In this document: one piece after another, positions 34,058 to 44,160 of the stretch
Numbering within the stretch: the stretch's first letter is position 1
Layout: every line of letters starts with the position of its first letter
NCBI GenBank assembly: GCA_945881775.1
Contig: CAMCVE010000004.1
Span: 46,690 to 110,689, forward strand
Length of the DNA stretch: 64,000 nt
Direction: 5' to 3'
Source of the DNA: Bacteriovorax stolpii
Lineage (GTDB): Bacteria > Bdellovibrionota > UBA2428
The notes under the pieces: generated by a model
The model's input: the letters and a program-made list of their open reading frames with translations, nothing else
What the model was told of the DNA's origin: nothing
The model's database searches: none
Position numbers and translations under genes: made by a program

Positions 34058-35547
34058 AAAAGAATCAGATCGTGCTCGGCGTGACAAGTGCCTTCTTATC
34101 TCTTTCTCTGAGCGCGCAACCCTGGCGTGGAAATTTTGATCGTCTGGTTCGTGATGGCAAGCCCGCCAACGCGCTCCAGTACCTTTGGCTGCAGACCGCG
34201 AGAGGCACACGAGCTGAGGAGCATGTTGACCGCGCTCTCTTGCTGGAGAGTCTGGGCTTTCCTCTTACGGCGCTGCGTGAGTGGGGCGATGCGGCCACGT
34301 CCAACCCGAGACTCAGTCGTGGACTCGACGGACTCGGCCAAGCCGCGCTCAAATGGGATCGCCTGGGTTCGATCAATGCTGCTGCCAAAGCTGCCGCCGA
34401 TGCGGGCGTCGCTGTCGCGCAGTGGCCCACCTCGTTCCGTATTGCAGTGGCGCTGAACGCTTACCGCGGAGGAAGTCTCAATCTCGCCAATTCGATTTTG
34501 CCGGGATCTCGAGATCTCGGATCTATTCGCAGCCCGGAAGCGCGGCGTGCCGCTGCACTTCACTTGGCAAATCTACAGTGGGCGCTCGGCAAGCCGAACG
34601 AAGCTGTACAGTCGATCGAAGCTGTGACCGGAAACGACACATCGGCTGAGACGGGGCTTTTACGTCTCCAGGCCTCACGCGTTTACTACGACCTCGGTCA
34701 GATGGGTTCAAGCTTAGAGCAGCTCGTGCGTCTGCCTCGTAACTCGGGTTCGTGGTATCCGGGGGTTCTGGTGGGTGCCTGGGCCGCTTATCGGTTGAAA
34801 GACTACAACCTTGCCCTAGGACAGCTTCTCACGCTCCATAGCCCCTATCTCAACGACAAGTTCGCGCCAGAGTCCTATGTGCTCGAGGCTTCGACGCTGT
34901 TTCAGTTGTGTCAGTACAATTCCGCTCAAAAGAGTCTCGCACGTCTCAAGGAGAAATACGCCAAAGTGATCTCTGCGGCTCAGGCATTTGCTCGCGGCAA
35001 TGGGAACTCCACGGCGCGCGTGAGCGCGGTGTTGAATTATGCTCGCGGACAGCGCGATACGCCTCTTGGTGTCGATACTCAGGCTTATGCCCTCGTTATG
35101 GATGCTCTGCTGCAAGAAGACGTTCTCGAGCGGGCTGATCGTATGCTCTTGCAAGTAAATTTCGAAACCGAGAATTTTGGCAAAATATTTCCTGATTCTC
35201 GCCAACCTCTTTTGTCCGGTCTCCGCGCTCGCTATCAGGCTGAGCTGAACTATGCACGCATCGAATCATATAAAGACGGAGTGCGCGCGATCAACCGTCG
35301 TCTGCGAACGATTCGCGACGACGTTCAGACAGCATTTGAGAATGCGGCGCTTGTCGAAGTCGAAGTCAGCACTCGTATTCGGGATCGACTGATCGACAAT
35401 AAAATTCCTAATGCCGTGGCCGTCGATTTTGAGGCTGATGTGCGTAAGGGTTATGAATTCTGGCCCTTTGAAGGCGAGTTCTGGCGAGATGAGGCGGGGA
35501 GCTACGCCTTTGCGACGTCCAATGTTTGCGGAGAGCAGAGTCTATGA
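34054..35547 (+). CDS. gltE: TPR-like periplasmic protein (GltE/AglT-like)
   Basis: 497-aa ORF with an ATGA overlap to the upstream gene. Signal peptide MKKNQIVLGVTSAFLSLSLSAQ. Helical-repeat composition. Size and position relative to the neighbouring large TPR protein match the Myxococcus gltE-gltD pairing, recalled from memory. Confidence 0.45.
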   Translation: MKKNQIVLGVTSAFLSLSLSAQPWRGNFDRLVRDGKPANALQYLWLQTARGTRAEEHVDRALLLESLGFPLTALREWGDAATSNPRLSRGLDGLGQAALKWDRLGSINAAAKAAADAGVAVAQWPTSFRIAVALNAYRGGSLNLANSILPGSRDLGSIRSPEARRAAALHLANLQWALGKPNEAVQSIEAVTGNDTSAETGLLRLQASRVYYDLGQMGSSLEQLVRLPRNSGSWYPGVLVGAWAAYRLKDYNLALGQLLTLHSPYLNDKFAPESYVLEASTLFQLCQYNSAQKSLARLKEKYAKVISAAQAFARGNGNSTARVSAVLNYARGQRDTPLGVDTQAYALVMDALLQEDVLERADRMLLQVNFETENFGKIFPDSRQPLLSGLRARYQAELNYARIESYKDGVRAINRRLRTIRDDVQTAFENAALVEVEVSTRIRDRLIDNKIPNAVAVDFEADVRKGYEFWPFEGEFWRDEAGSYAFATSNVCGEQSL

Positions 35548-38500
35548 ATTCTTGGCATAAGGGCGCAATTTATCTGAGTCTCGTCGCCTTCCAGGGCGCA
35601 TGGTCTGTCTCGCTTGTGGCCCAGTCACCTGGCAGCTCCTGGCAGGTCGAATCTCAAAGCAAGGTTGAAGCCTCCATCCAAGAGGACAACGCACCCATCG
35701 AAAGATCGCGGGTTACCATTCGTCGGACATTCGAAAAAGGTGAACCGAGCATCCGTCGCGAGAGTATCGCGTTTGAGGATGCGGTTCGACAGAAGCGTCT
35801 CGAGAAAACTCAAGAACTCGTCACTCAGCTCGAGGAACTTGTGTCTCGAGAAGGGCAGAGTGCTCGTCGCGGCGAACTTCAAATGCGGCTGGCCGAGCTC
35901 TATTTTGAGCGGGCTCGCGACGTGGCCAGTAAAGAAAGTGAATCTTGGCGCAAGGCTGTGGAAAAATGGGAGGCGATCTCTCCTGAGTCGCGTGAGAAAA
36001 CCAAGCGCCCCGAGCTTAGGACTCCTCAGGCCGATAAACTCCGTCGCCAGTCACTCGGACTCTACAACGATCTTGATCGACGTAGTCGAGGCGTGGACCA
36101 AGGCCGTTCTCAACTTATTCAGCGCGACGAAGTTCTTTTCTATCTCGGCATGACTCAAGTCGATCTTGGGCAGGGCAAGAGCGCCGAGAAACCACTCGAA
36201 GAACTTCTCGGAAAATATTCAAATAGCCCGCGTTCTTTTGCCGCGCGTTTGCAACTCGCTGATCTGTACTTCGACAATGGTAAATTCCAGAACGCACTTC
36301 CGCTCTACCTTAAGCTCGCCTCAACGCAGGCGAGCCCTGAGCTTTCTAAGCAAGTTCGTCCCTACATCTTCTATAAGCTTGCGTGGAGCTACTTCAACAC
36401 GGGCGCCTACGATAAAGCCGTGCTGGCCTATCGCAGAACAGTGGAGCTTGCAGACGGCAGCGAGGGCTTGTCGTTTAAGGGCGAAGCTGAGCGCGATCTC
36501 GCGCGCGCTTTTGCGCTTGCAGGCCAGTACGACGAGGGCATGGAGTACTTCCGAGGAAACGACGAATTGCTTCGTGAACATCTGCGCAACTCGGCCGATC
36601 TTGCTTCGAGTCGCGGTCAGACCAAGCAGGCGCTTGATTTCTATCAGCAGCTCATCGACTCTGACCCTAAGGCTGTAGAGGCCCGGGATTTTGCCCTGGC
36701 GCGCTTAGAAATTCTTCGTCGCAATTCGAACCCTGCACAGCTGGCTGCCCAGATGAACGTCTATGTAAAAAACTACGGAGCCGGTTCTTCTTGGCTCTCA
36801 GCTCGCGAGTCGGGCGATCAGGCCAACTACATCGAAGAAGTGGCAGGACTTGTTCGTCGCGAAGCCAAAGCGATGCACAAAATTGCGCAACGGGCGCGTG
36901 ACAAGGATGCGCGCCTGGGAAACGCTCGCACGTTCTACATCGTCTATTTTGATAACGTTCCCGAACCGAACGTCGACACACCCGCGAACGTTCATGAGAT
37001 GCGCTACTACTACGCCGAGCTTCTCTACAGCATGAAGGATTTTGAAGAGGCCCAGAAGCAGTACGCTCTCGTGGGCGAAGGGAAGTACGGACCTACGGCT
37101 TCTTACAACCGCATTCTCGCCCTGAGGGAGATCGCCGGCAAAGATAAAGACCGTGCTCGTGATCTTCTCGATGCAACCGAAGCATTCATTAAGAAGTTTC
37201 CCGAAGACAAGCGTGGCAGTGACCTTCTTTATGCCAGCGCCTACGAGGCCTACACCAGCGGGGAAAAAAATTCCTCCAAGGAAACCCTTCTGGCCGTTAT
37301 CAGTCGCTATCCCAAGAGCGAAGCGGGCCTTAAGTCCGCCGAACGCTACCTCTTTTTATTGGAAGAGCAGGGCGATCTGGACAAGGCGATTGAGGAAAGC
37401 AATCTGATCGCAAAGAACTCGGCCCTCATGTCGGCCCACGCGTCCTCTCTTGGACCTAAGGTTCGTGATTTCCAGGAACGTGTTAACTTCAAGCGCGTCG
37501 AGCAAATGCCAGATGCTTCCAGCGAGGATGCGGGTAAGAAAGCTGCGGGCTTCCTTGCGATTGTTCCGGTGCTCACTCCATCTCTGCAGGAAAAAGCCCT
37601 GAACAACGCGGTGGTTTTTGCCGAGAAGTCGAAAGATCCTGAGCTCTCCAAGCGCGCCGGTTCCGAGCTCCTCAAGAAGTTCCCGCAGTCATCGTATTCT
37701 CGCTCCTTGTACGTTCAGCAGGGTCAGGAGCTCGCTCAAAAAGGTGAATGGCGTAAGGCGCTTGCAACGTACGACACGTATCTTGATCTCAGCCAGAAAG
37801 ACAAATCGGTAAGGAAAGAGGATATCGAACTCGCTCTTTGGAATAAGCTTTTTGTTCAGTCTCACCTCGAAAATCAGGTGGGTGTGACGCGTTCCAAGTC
37901 TGCCTCGCGAGAACTCGCAGCGGATTACCAGCGATTCCTCAAAGACTATCCACGTTCTAAGTTTCGGCCCGAGGTACTGGGCTTTGCTGCCTTCCACAAC
38001 GGCGTGAGCGACGCAGACCTCGCGGGCTGGGCGCGACTGCCGGGAATGAGTTCTGAGGAACGCGCGATCCTTGATGAAGCTCGGTTGGCTCGCACGCTTC
38101 GAAGCACGTCTGCGAAGGCGCGTGCGGGCGTGCTCAAGTCTTGGCCCTCGTCGAAGGCGAAGACCCTTCAGTGGGAGCTGCGGCGTATCCTAGCCGGCTG
38201 GTCTTTCGACGCTCTCGAAACGGATTTTGCCGCCTATCAGAAGCAACGCCTGAACTTTCAGGGGGCGGCATTTGCACGCACACTGAATCAGAAAAAGAAG
38301 TCCCTGGAAGATCTCGAAAAGAGGTACCTTAACGCTGTTGCCTACGGTGATGGAGACGTGGCTCTTCGGAGCCTTGTTCGTGTTGCGAAAGCAAACCGTG
38401 ACTTCGCTGCCGAGCTGTCAAAGGCGCCTGTTCCTAAAGAAGATCTGATGGCTTTTGTGAAGCCTTTCGAAGACAAGCATCGAGATCTGCTTTCGCAGTG

Positions 38501-39236
38501 CTTGGTGAAGGCTGTTGATTTCAAAATTGCTGGAGCGGGTCTCGGCGAGTGCCGCGAGCAACTTCGCCCACTGGATCCCTCTCGAGTGTCGCTGCAGTTT
38601 GAAATTCTCTTAAATCCGGGATTCGTTCAGGCGCCGTCGGATGCTCAGACAGCGTCGCCTCTTTGGGCACTGGCGGAACGAGCGTTCCGCGATAACCGAG
38701 AAGGTGAGTTCCTTTTAGCGATGAAAGTCATGCGTGGCGAGATCGCTGCGGGACGTATCCCTCAGGCTTGGACCCAGTATCTGCGAAATCTCGAGGGGCT
38801 TCAGTTCTGGAGACTCGGAGCTTCTGAGTCCGCCGTTAAGAGTTTCCGCGAAACTCTCGAGTCCTCGGGTTCGGAGTTCCGTGATCTGCGGCGAATGGCT
38901 TCGATGAACTTGGCTGCGATCAACAACCTGATCGGTGACTATGCTGAGGCCGCTTCACTCATGGAGGGGCTTGCGGACTCGAGTGCTGAAGGCGCGATGA
39001 TCGGGGGCGCAGCTCTCTTGGGGACGGGCAAAGCGAAAGAGGCCGCGTCGATCTTTGATGACGGGTATTCGTCTTTCAAAGCGCGTCGAGAGCTTCTCTT
39101 CAACAGTGCGCTCGCTTGGAAAGCTGTGGGCGACTCGGGCAAGGCCGTTGATCGCATGAAAAAGTACGTCGAGCTCGAGGCCCCTTCGTCGAGGGACGTG
39201 TCCCGTCAGATTCTAAAAACGTGGAGAGGTAATTGA
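35544..39236 (+). CDS. gltD: Large TPR-repeat periplasmic protein (GltD/AgmU-like)
   Basis: 1230 aa from ATG 35544, with an ATGA overlap. Signal peptide. Many TPR-like units (e.g. ALPLYLKLA..., YFNTGAYDKAVLAYRRTVEL, AESLMEGL...). Synteny with the gltE/F/G-like genes. Confidence 0.55.
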   Translation: MNSWHKGAIYLSLVAFQGAWSVSLVAQSPGSSWQVESQSKVEASIQEDNAPIERSRVTIRRTFEKGEPSIRRESIAFEDAVRQKRLEKTQELVTQLEELVSREGQSARRGELQMRLAELYFERARDVASKESESWRKAVEKWEAISPESREKTKRPELRTPQADKLRRQSLGLYNDLDRRSRGVDQGRSQLIQRDEVLFYLGMTQVDLGQGKSAEKPLEELLGKYSNSPRSFAARLQLADLYFDNGKFQNALPLYLKLASTQASPELSKQVRPYIFYKLAWSYFNTGAYDKAVLAYRRTVELADGSEGLSFKGEAERDLARAFALAGQYDEGMEYFRGNDELLREHLRNSADLASSRGQTKQALDFYQQLIDSDPKAVEARDFALARLEILRRNSNPAQLAAQMNVYVKNYGAGSSWLSARESGDQANYIEEVAGLVRREAKAMHKIAQRARDKDARLGNARTFYIVYFDNVPEPNVDTPANVHEMRYYYAELLYSMKDFEEAQKQYALVGEGKYGPTASYNRILALREIAGKDKDRARDLLDATEAFIKKFPEDKRGSDLLYASAYEAYTSGEKNSSKETLLAVISRYPKSEAGLKSAERYLFLLEEQGDLDKAIEESNLIAKNSALMSAHASSLGPKVRDFQERVNFKRVEQMPDASSEDAGKKAAGFLAIVPVLTPSLQEKALNNAVVFAEKSKDPELSKRAGSELLKKFPQSSYSRSLYVQQGQELAQKGEWRKALATYDTYLDLSQKDKSVRKEDIELALWNKLFVQSHLENQVGVTRSKSASRELAADYQRFLKDYPRSKFRPEVLGFAAFHNGVSDADLAGWARLPGMSSEERAILDEARLARTLRSTSAKARAGVLKSWPSSKAKTLQWELRRILAGWSFDALETDFAAYQKQRLNFQGAAFARTLNQKKKSLEDLEKRYLNAVAYGDGDVALRSLVRVAKANRDFAAELSKAPVPKEDLMAFVKPFEDKHRDLLSQCLVKAVDFKIAGAGLGECREQLRPLDPSRVSLQFEILLNPGFVQAPSDAQTASPLWALAERAFRDNREGEFLLAMKVMRGEIAAGRIPQAWTQYLRNLEGLQFWRLGASESAVKSFRETLESSGSEFRDLRRMASMNLAAINNLIGDYAEAASLMEGLADSSAEGAMIGGAALLGTGKAKEAASIFDDGYSSFKARRELLFNSALAWKAVGDSGKAVDRMKKYVELEAPSSRDVSRQILKTWRGN

Positions 39237-39556
39237 TGAAAACTCCAAATCTTTTTTTTCTCTTGCTGTTGCTTGGCATGACACCTTCTGTGGCGTCTGC
39301 ACAGCGCTCTTCTCGAAAAGCGGGGGGCGCTGACTCCGAAGAAGGCTGGATCATCCGTCGCACAAAAAACGGCGTCGTTAAGGTCCCAAAGAAACAAAAG
39401 TTTCGTTTCGAAGGAAGTGACGTTTCGGGAAACGTTGAGCGTCCTTCTCAGAGTGTTCTCGGCGCACGCGTGCCACGTAAAAACACTTCACTCATCCCTG
39501 TTCGCACTTCGTTCCGAGAAGAGGCGTTAGCGGTGAGTGGATTGTCGGATCGTTAA
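39233..39556 (+). CDS. Small secreted basic protein (GltF-position protein)
   Basis: 107-aa ORF overlapping the upstream stop. Signal peptide MMKTPNLFFLLLLLGMTPSVASA. No domain recognised, so the assignment rests only on size and position. Confidence 0.4.
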   Translation: MMKTPNLFFLLLLLGMTPSVASAQRSSRKAGGADSEEGWIIRRTKNGVVKVPKKQKFRFEGSDVSGNVERPSQSVLGARVPRKNTSLIPVRTSFREEALAVSGLSDR

Positions 39557-39575
39557 GATAGGGAATGGGTGGATC

Positions 39576-41582
39576 ATGAAACACGTTTTGGATCTTCAAG
39601 TCTTCGACGGTGACAAGCTCGTAGCCAACGGTCGCTTCGAGCAAAGTAAGATTGTGATGGGCCGAATTCTTTCGGCAGATTTTAGAATCCCCGACTCCCG
39701 CGTCTCGCGCATTCATGCGCTGCTGGAGCGCCTCGACGATGGAAGCGTGCGCATTACGGACTTGGCGTCGAGCCACGGAACGACAGTCAACAACGAGCGC
39801 GTTATCGAGCGTGTTGTGGGTCCTGCTGACGACATCCGACTCGCAGGCCTGAAACTCCAAATGACCTTTGTGGCGCTCGAAGAAACACCCGAAGCTCCGC
39901 GCCCTGTGGAGCGAGTGGCAGCAGCCCCTGCCTCGAGAGATGCGCCTGCAGCTCGTGCTCCTGCTCCAGTGCCCGCTTCGATGAGCTCTGCAGCGCCTGC
40001 TGTTAAGCAAAACCGCGATCCTACTGTGATCCGGTCCCTCAAAGAGTCGGCCTCTTCACGCGGGGTTCTTGAAGCAACTTCGAAGCCGCACGAAGAGCTC
40101 GAGGTGACCGTTTACTGGGGAGAGACGATCCTGAACATCGATCACTGCCGTGATCGCCGCAAGACAATCCGTATCGGCGAGAGCGTGGGCAACGACTACA
40201 TCGTCGCCTCAAACGTTTTGCCTCCTCAGTTTGATTTTATTCGCGTCAACGGATCCGAAGCCGAGATCCAGATGCATCCCTCTATGCGTGGTTCGGCCCG
40301 CGTTGGCGGCAAGATCGTGCGCTTCGAGCAAGAGGCGCAAACTCCCAATGTTCCTTCGAACATTCGGCTTGCGGGCGATGACATCGCCAAGATCCAAGTC
40401 GGAAGCGTTCACTTCTTCTTGATGTTTGTGGGCAAGCCGCCTGAGATTCCTCGCGACGTGATTTTCGATCAGGGCCGCCTTTATTGGGCGTTGCAGATTC
40501 TCTTCTCGATCGCGGCTCTCTTGGTGATCTGGATCGGATCGTTCTACAAACCGGCCATCGAAGGTGTCGTTAAAGAATTCCCTGAACAAATGCGTCGTGT
40601 GATTGTGCAGACCTACAAAAAGCAAGCACGTCCGGCGATCGTTGGGGATAAGGCGCAGACGGGTGTGAGCGTCGACGGTGCCCAGCAGATTGGCGACAAG
40701 GCCCAGAAGGCTGGTGGCGACGAAGGCGAGGGCGCAAGAGAACGCGGCGAAGAAGGAAAACGCGGGCGCCCTGATTCCAAACAGGAACTCGGTGTTGAGA
40801 AGCGTCCTATCATTGCGAAGCCTGCGCCTATTGCACCCGGCAAACAAGCGCCTGCTCCTGCACCGAAAATCGGCAAGGAAGTCAAACTCGGCCAAGCTCC
40901 GAAGCTAACCGAGAACGCAAAACCCAAACCCATGGCCATGCACTCGCCTAAGCCAACCAACACTCCCGCGCAGACGATCATGTCGGCTCTGCGTGGCTCG
41001 GGACTATCGGCCGGAACATCAACGGGCGGTGGCAAGTTCTCGGGACAAGTCGCAGTCGATGAAGCTTTCACGGGTGTCGGCGCGACTACGGGAACGGGAC
41101 GAGGTTCTGGTGGGTCGGGCTTGCAGGGGACGGGGCAGGGCGGAGGCGGCACAGCCGTTGGCGTCGGGGGACTCGGTACAAAAGGCTTTGGCGCTGGTGC
41201 TCGCGGAGATGGTACGGGATCTATCCCCGGCAAGGGCGGCGAAGTATCAATCGGAACAGAGACGATGAGCGTCTATGTACTGGGTTCTCTCAGTCGCGAA
41301 GAAATTGCTCGAGTGGTGAATGCTCACGCCAGTGAAATTCGCTACTGCTACGAGCGCGAACTTGCGCGCAACCCTAGCTTGAGCGGCAAGGTCACGATGA
41401 AGTGGACGATTGTCAGCGGTGGACGCGTTGAGGGTGTCAGCACTAAAGACAACTCCACAGGTTCAAGTACGATTTCTGACTGTATTGGCGGATACCTCAA
41501 AGATTGGAAATTCCCCAACCCAGCCGAAGGTTCAAAGGCCGATGTAGAATGGCCATGGATCTTCAAGCCTAAAGGCAGTTAA
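39576..41582 (+). CDS. gltG: FHA-domain, single-TM, TonB_C-like (AgmX/PglI C-terminal domain) protein, GltG-like
   Basis: 668 aa from ATG 39576. FHA motifs: GRILSADFRIPDSRVSRIHALL...ITDLASSHGTTVNNERV. One TM helix: YWALQILFSIAALLVIWIGSF. Pro/Lys/Ala- and Gly-rich linker. C-terminus is AgmX/PglI-like: IRYCYERELARNPSLSGKVTMKWTIVSGGRV...DCIGGYLKDWKFP. Confidence 0.7.
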   Translation: MKHVLDLQVFDGDKLVANGRFEQSKIVMGRILSADFRIPDSRVSRIHALLERLDDGSVRITDLASSHGTTVNNERVIERVVGPADDIRLAGLKLQMTFVALEETPEAPRPVERVAAAPASRDAPAARAPAPVPASMSSAAPAVKQNRDPTVIRSLKESASSRGVLEATSKPHEELEVTVYWGETILNIDHCRDRRKTIRIGESVGNDYIVASNVLPPQFDFIRVNGSEAEIQMHPSMRGSARVGGKIVRFEQEAQTPNVPSNIRLAGDDIAKIQVGSVHFFLMFVGKPPEIPRDVIFDQGRLYWALQILFSIAALLVIWIGSFYKPAIEGVVKEFPEQMRRVIVQTYKKQARPAIVGDKAQTGVSVDGAQQIGDKAQKAGGDEGEGARERGEEGKRGRPDSKQELGVEKRPIIAKPAPIAPGKQAPAPAPKIGKEVKLGQAPKLTENAKPKPMAMHSPKPTNTPAQTIMSALRGSGLSAGTSTGGGKFSGQVAVDEAFTGVGATTGTGRGSGGSGLQGTGQGGGGTAVGVGGLGTKGFGAGARGDGTGSIPGKGGEVSIGTETMSVYVLGSLSREEIARVVNAHASEIRYCYERELARNPSLSGKVTMKWTIVSGGRVEGVSTKDNSTGSSTISDCIGGYLKDWKFPNPAEGSKADVEWPWIFKPKGS

Positions 41583-41593
41583 GCGAGCTTAGG

Positions 41594-43675
41594 ATGCGCT
41601 CTTGGAAATGGTTTTTTTATTTGTCGGTGCTCGCCGTCGCTACCACGACGCGAGCGCAAGATCATTCAGGCCTAGCGGCAAATCCTGGTCTCGACTCTTG
41701 CAACGACATCGCTGACAAAGTCTGCCGAGCCGAAGAATCGAAGGCCGTTGTGTCGAAGGCCGAAGCTTTGGCCGCGAAAACTCAGTCCGAGCTCGACGCT
41801 CTCATTGGCGCAAAGCACGGTAACGAGTGGCGGAGCGAGCTTCTTTCACGCCTCGAGGCCGAGGGCTTCAGTGTGGATGGTACTTCTGATCCACCTGAAC
41901 TCGAGAAGTTTTTTTCTGCGCTCTACGCTCCCGGAGAAAGCGATGGGCTGTGGCCCTTCACGAGTGAAGCGGTTATGGCTTGCGAGGCTGCCGAAACTCC
42001 GGACGCTGAGATCGAAACAAAACTTGTTTCACTGTGGTCTGCGTCGGGAGGGCCAACCTACACGAGTTTAGAGGGAACCCTTCTCAGTTCTTTTGGCTCA
42101 GCCACCGAGAAGCGGCTGAGTCCGCGCTATCGCAACGCCGTCGCACCCTTCAAGGATCAACCCGTCGCGCGCAAACTCTTGCAGTCTTATGACAGCTGGG
42201 GTCTGTCGAAAACACCTGCAGAAGACTCCAAGAACTATCTTGCTCACTACAAGTCCTATCTCCAAGAGGAGCACGCATTTGTTCTAGGGCAGCGGAAGTC
42301 TGCTGCCCAAACCGCAGCCCAAGATGGGGCGCTTGTGACCCGGCTTGCTCGCCTGTGTGCGATCCAAAAGACTCTTCAAGATTCCACGGACGATTGTTAT
42401 TCACGTTTATTTGATTCCACAAGTGAAGGTGTGCTGCTTGTGGCAGAAAAGCCAGTTTTGAAATCTCGCTTGGACAAGCTTGAGTTAGACGTCCTTTCAC
42501 TGATCGAGTATGCCGGGATGGGAGCCACTGATAAGATTCAGTCGAGCATCGACAAGGGGCTCTTTCCCAGTGAGCTTCCTGCGGCGCCCGAGAGCGCTGA
42601 ATCTCTCTTGAAGTCCATGCTCTCGCAGGAGCTTTCACCTAAAGTTGACTTCGGCACGCGGGTCGCTGCGGGCCTGCCACCTTTTCAAGACCTCTCGGTG
42701 CGCGATCGTCTGTGTTCAGAAATGCAAGATGCGGCCGCGGCTCGACTGCGTGCGATCGTGAACGACTTTCATGAAGATCTCCAGATTTCAAAACCCTTCC
42801 TGAAGAAGGCCCGTGAAACGGTCTACACCCCGCAAATGATTGCCAATCAAAGGGCACAATTCGATGCGGCGAAGTCTCTGGTCTCGAGCGTTGTCGAAAA
42901 GAAGCTTCTTCCGCTCGTGCAGAGCAATCAAAAACGTGCACAGATGCGCAGTTCTCTCGCATCCGTAGAACCCCACATACCGCCTCAAGTGGACGCACTC
43001 CCTTTTGTCACCAAACCTGGCGCAAAAAATGAGACACTCGACTTGGGCGAGCTCGATAAGATGCCGAGTTCGACGAAGCATTTTTATTCGATGCTCGTGC
43101 AACCAGGACTGAGCGGTGTTGCCGACGTGAACGCCTACTACACACCTGAAGTGACAGTGGGTGTTCAGAAAGACGCTAAAAACGTGTTCATGTTCCCCGG
43201 GTTGCAGGAAGCTTTCAAGGAACAGCCTGGCGGTCTGATGAGTGTTTGGGCGCACGAGATTGGTCACAACTTTGGGCCCGCTCTCGCCGAGCTCAATGGT
43301 CACGGTGTGAGTCAAGAGATGAAGAAGCTCGTCGAGTGTCTCAAAAAATCTCACGCGCTCGGTATGCACGCGGGTCAGGCCGATGAATGCATCGCCGACT
43401 GGCTCTCAGCGGAGTCGATGGGACTGCTGATGGATGACAAGACAAAACGCAAGCAACTCGGGCTGCCCGAGACGGACTTCGACTTTGCCAAACAGATTCT
43501 CGCTCCGTTCTGTCTCTTTTTGGATCAGGGAGCGGGGGCTCCGCGCGATGCTGCGCATCCGCTTGCTCGTCGGCGTGTCAATGGCATTTACGGGGCCCAC
43601 CCGCGCCTGCGTGCCGCTTTGGGTTGCCCGCAGGCGAGCCCGAACTATTGCACCTTAGAGGGGAGCCAGCCATGA
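41594..43675 (+). CDS. Secreted zinc metallopeptidase-like protein (HExxH...ExxxD, M13-like gluzincin signature)
   Basis: 693-aa ORF with signal peptide MRSWKWFFYLSVLAVATTTRAQ. VWAHEIGHNFGP is followed 40 residues later by QADECIADW, comparable to the M13 HExxH / ENIAD arrangement. The N-terminal ~520 aa are unassigned. Confidence 0.5.
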   Translation: MRSWKWFFYLSVLAVATTTRAQDHSGLAANPGLDSCNDIADKVCRAEESKAVVSKAEALAAKTQSELDALIGAKHGNEWRSELLSRLEAEGFSVDGTSDPPELEKFFSALYAPGESDGLWPFTSEAVMACEAAETPDAEIETKLVSLWSASGGPTYTSLEGTLLSSFGSATEKRLSPRYRNAVAPFKDQPVARKLLQSYDSWGLSKTPAEDSKNYLAHYKSYLQEEHAFVLGQRKSAAQTAAQDGALVTRLARLCAIQKTLQDSTDDCYSRLFDSTSEGVLLVAEKPVLKSRLDKLELDVLSLIEYAGMGATDKIQSSIDKGLFPSELPAAPESAESLLKSMLSQELSPKVDFGTRVAAGLPPFQDLSVRDRLCSEMQDAAAARLRAIVNDFHEDLQISKPFLKKARETVYTPQMIANQRAQFDAAKSLVSSVVEKKLLPLVQSNQKRAQMRSSLASVEPHIPPQVDALPFVTKPGAKNETLDLGELDKMPSSTKHFYSMLVQPGLSGVADVNAYYTPEVTVGVQKDAKNVFMFPGLQEAFKEQPGGLMSVWAHEIGHNFGPALAELNGHGVSQEMKKLVECLKKSHALGMHAGQADECIADWLSAESMGLLMDDKTKRKQLGLPETDFDFAKQILAPFCLFLDQGAGAPRDAAHPLARRRVNGIYGAHPRLRAALGCPQASPNYCTLEGSQP

Positions 43676-44115
43676 ATCTTCGCAAGGTATTTGCGCAGTT
43701 TGCCCTGCTCTTTTGCGCTTTCATTTCAATTGAGGCGGGGGCCGCTCCCTTGAGCTTCAAGGTTTCGAACTCGAGGGGTGAGGCCTGGAATTACTACAGG
43801 GCGCCTAACGGACAATGGGTCCTCGAACAGCGCGCAGCGGGAAGCCCTTTTGTGCGTAAGCCGCTCGCCAAGCTTCAACATCAGCGCATTTTTGAAGATC
43901 TGCGCCGCAGTGTCGTCCAGCGCCCAAGCGCCGCTGAGGGGAGAGCTTGCTCAGGACTTCGTGCAGAAGTGGAGCTAGGAGCTTTCTCGAAGCCCCAGAG
44001 CCGCAAGCTCTGCCTCGGGCGCCTTGTGGACAAGGATTTTTACGGCCGCATTCTGGGCCGCCTTGATGAGGCCCAAGGCAAAAATGGCTCCGGACGCCGC
44101 CTCTTTAGCCGCTAA
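43672..44115 (+). CDS. Small secreted hypothetical protein
   Basis: 147 aa from ATG 43672, with an ATGA overlap to the upstream stop. Signal peptide MNLRKVFAQFALLFCAFISIEAGAAP. Confidence 0.5.
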   Translation: MNLRKVFAQFALLFCAFISIEAGAAPLSFKVSNSRGEAWNYYRAPNGQWVLEQRAAGSPFVRKPLAKLQHQRIFEDLRRSVVQRPSAAEGRACSGLRAEVELGAFSKPQSRKLCLGRLVDKDFYGRILGRLDEAQGKNGSGRRLFSR

Positions 44116-44160
44116 TTAAGATATTGACGCGTTGCGTTATATCCTCTAGATCCCTGGCCT

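Noticed and set aside
40209-41233. 228-aa and 206-aa minus-strand ORFs across the linker of the gltG-like gene
   Set aside because: They arise from the low-complexity Pro/Gly/Lys-coding region. The plus-strand frame is continuous with the FHA and TonB_C-like domains.
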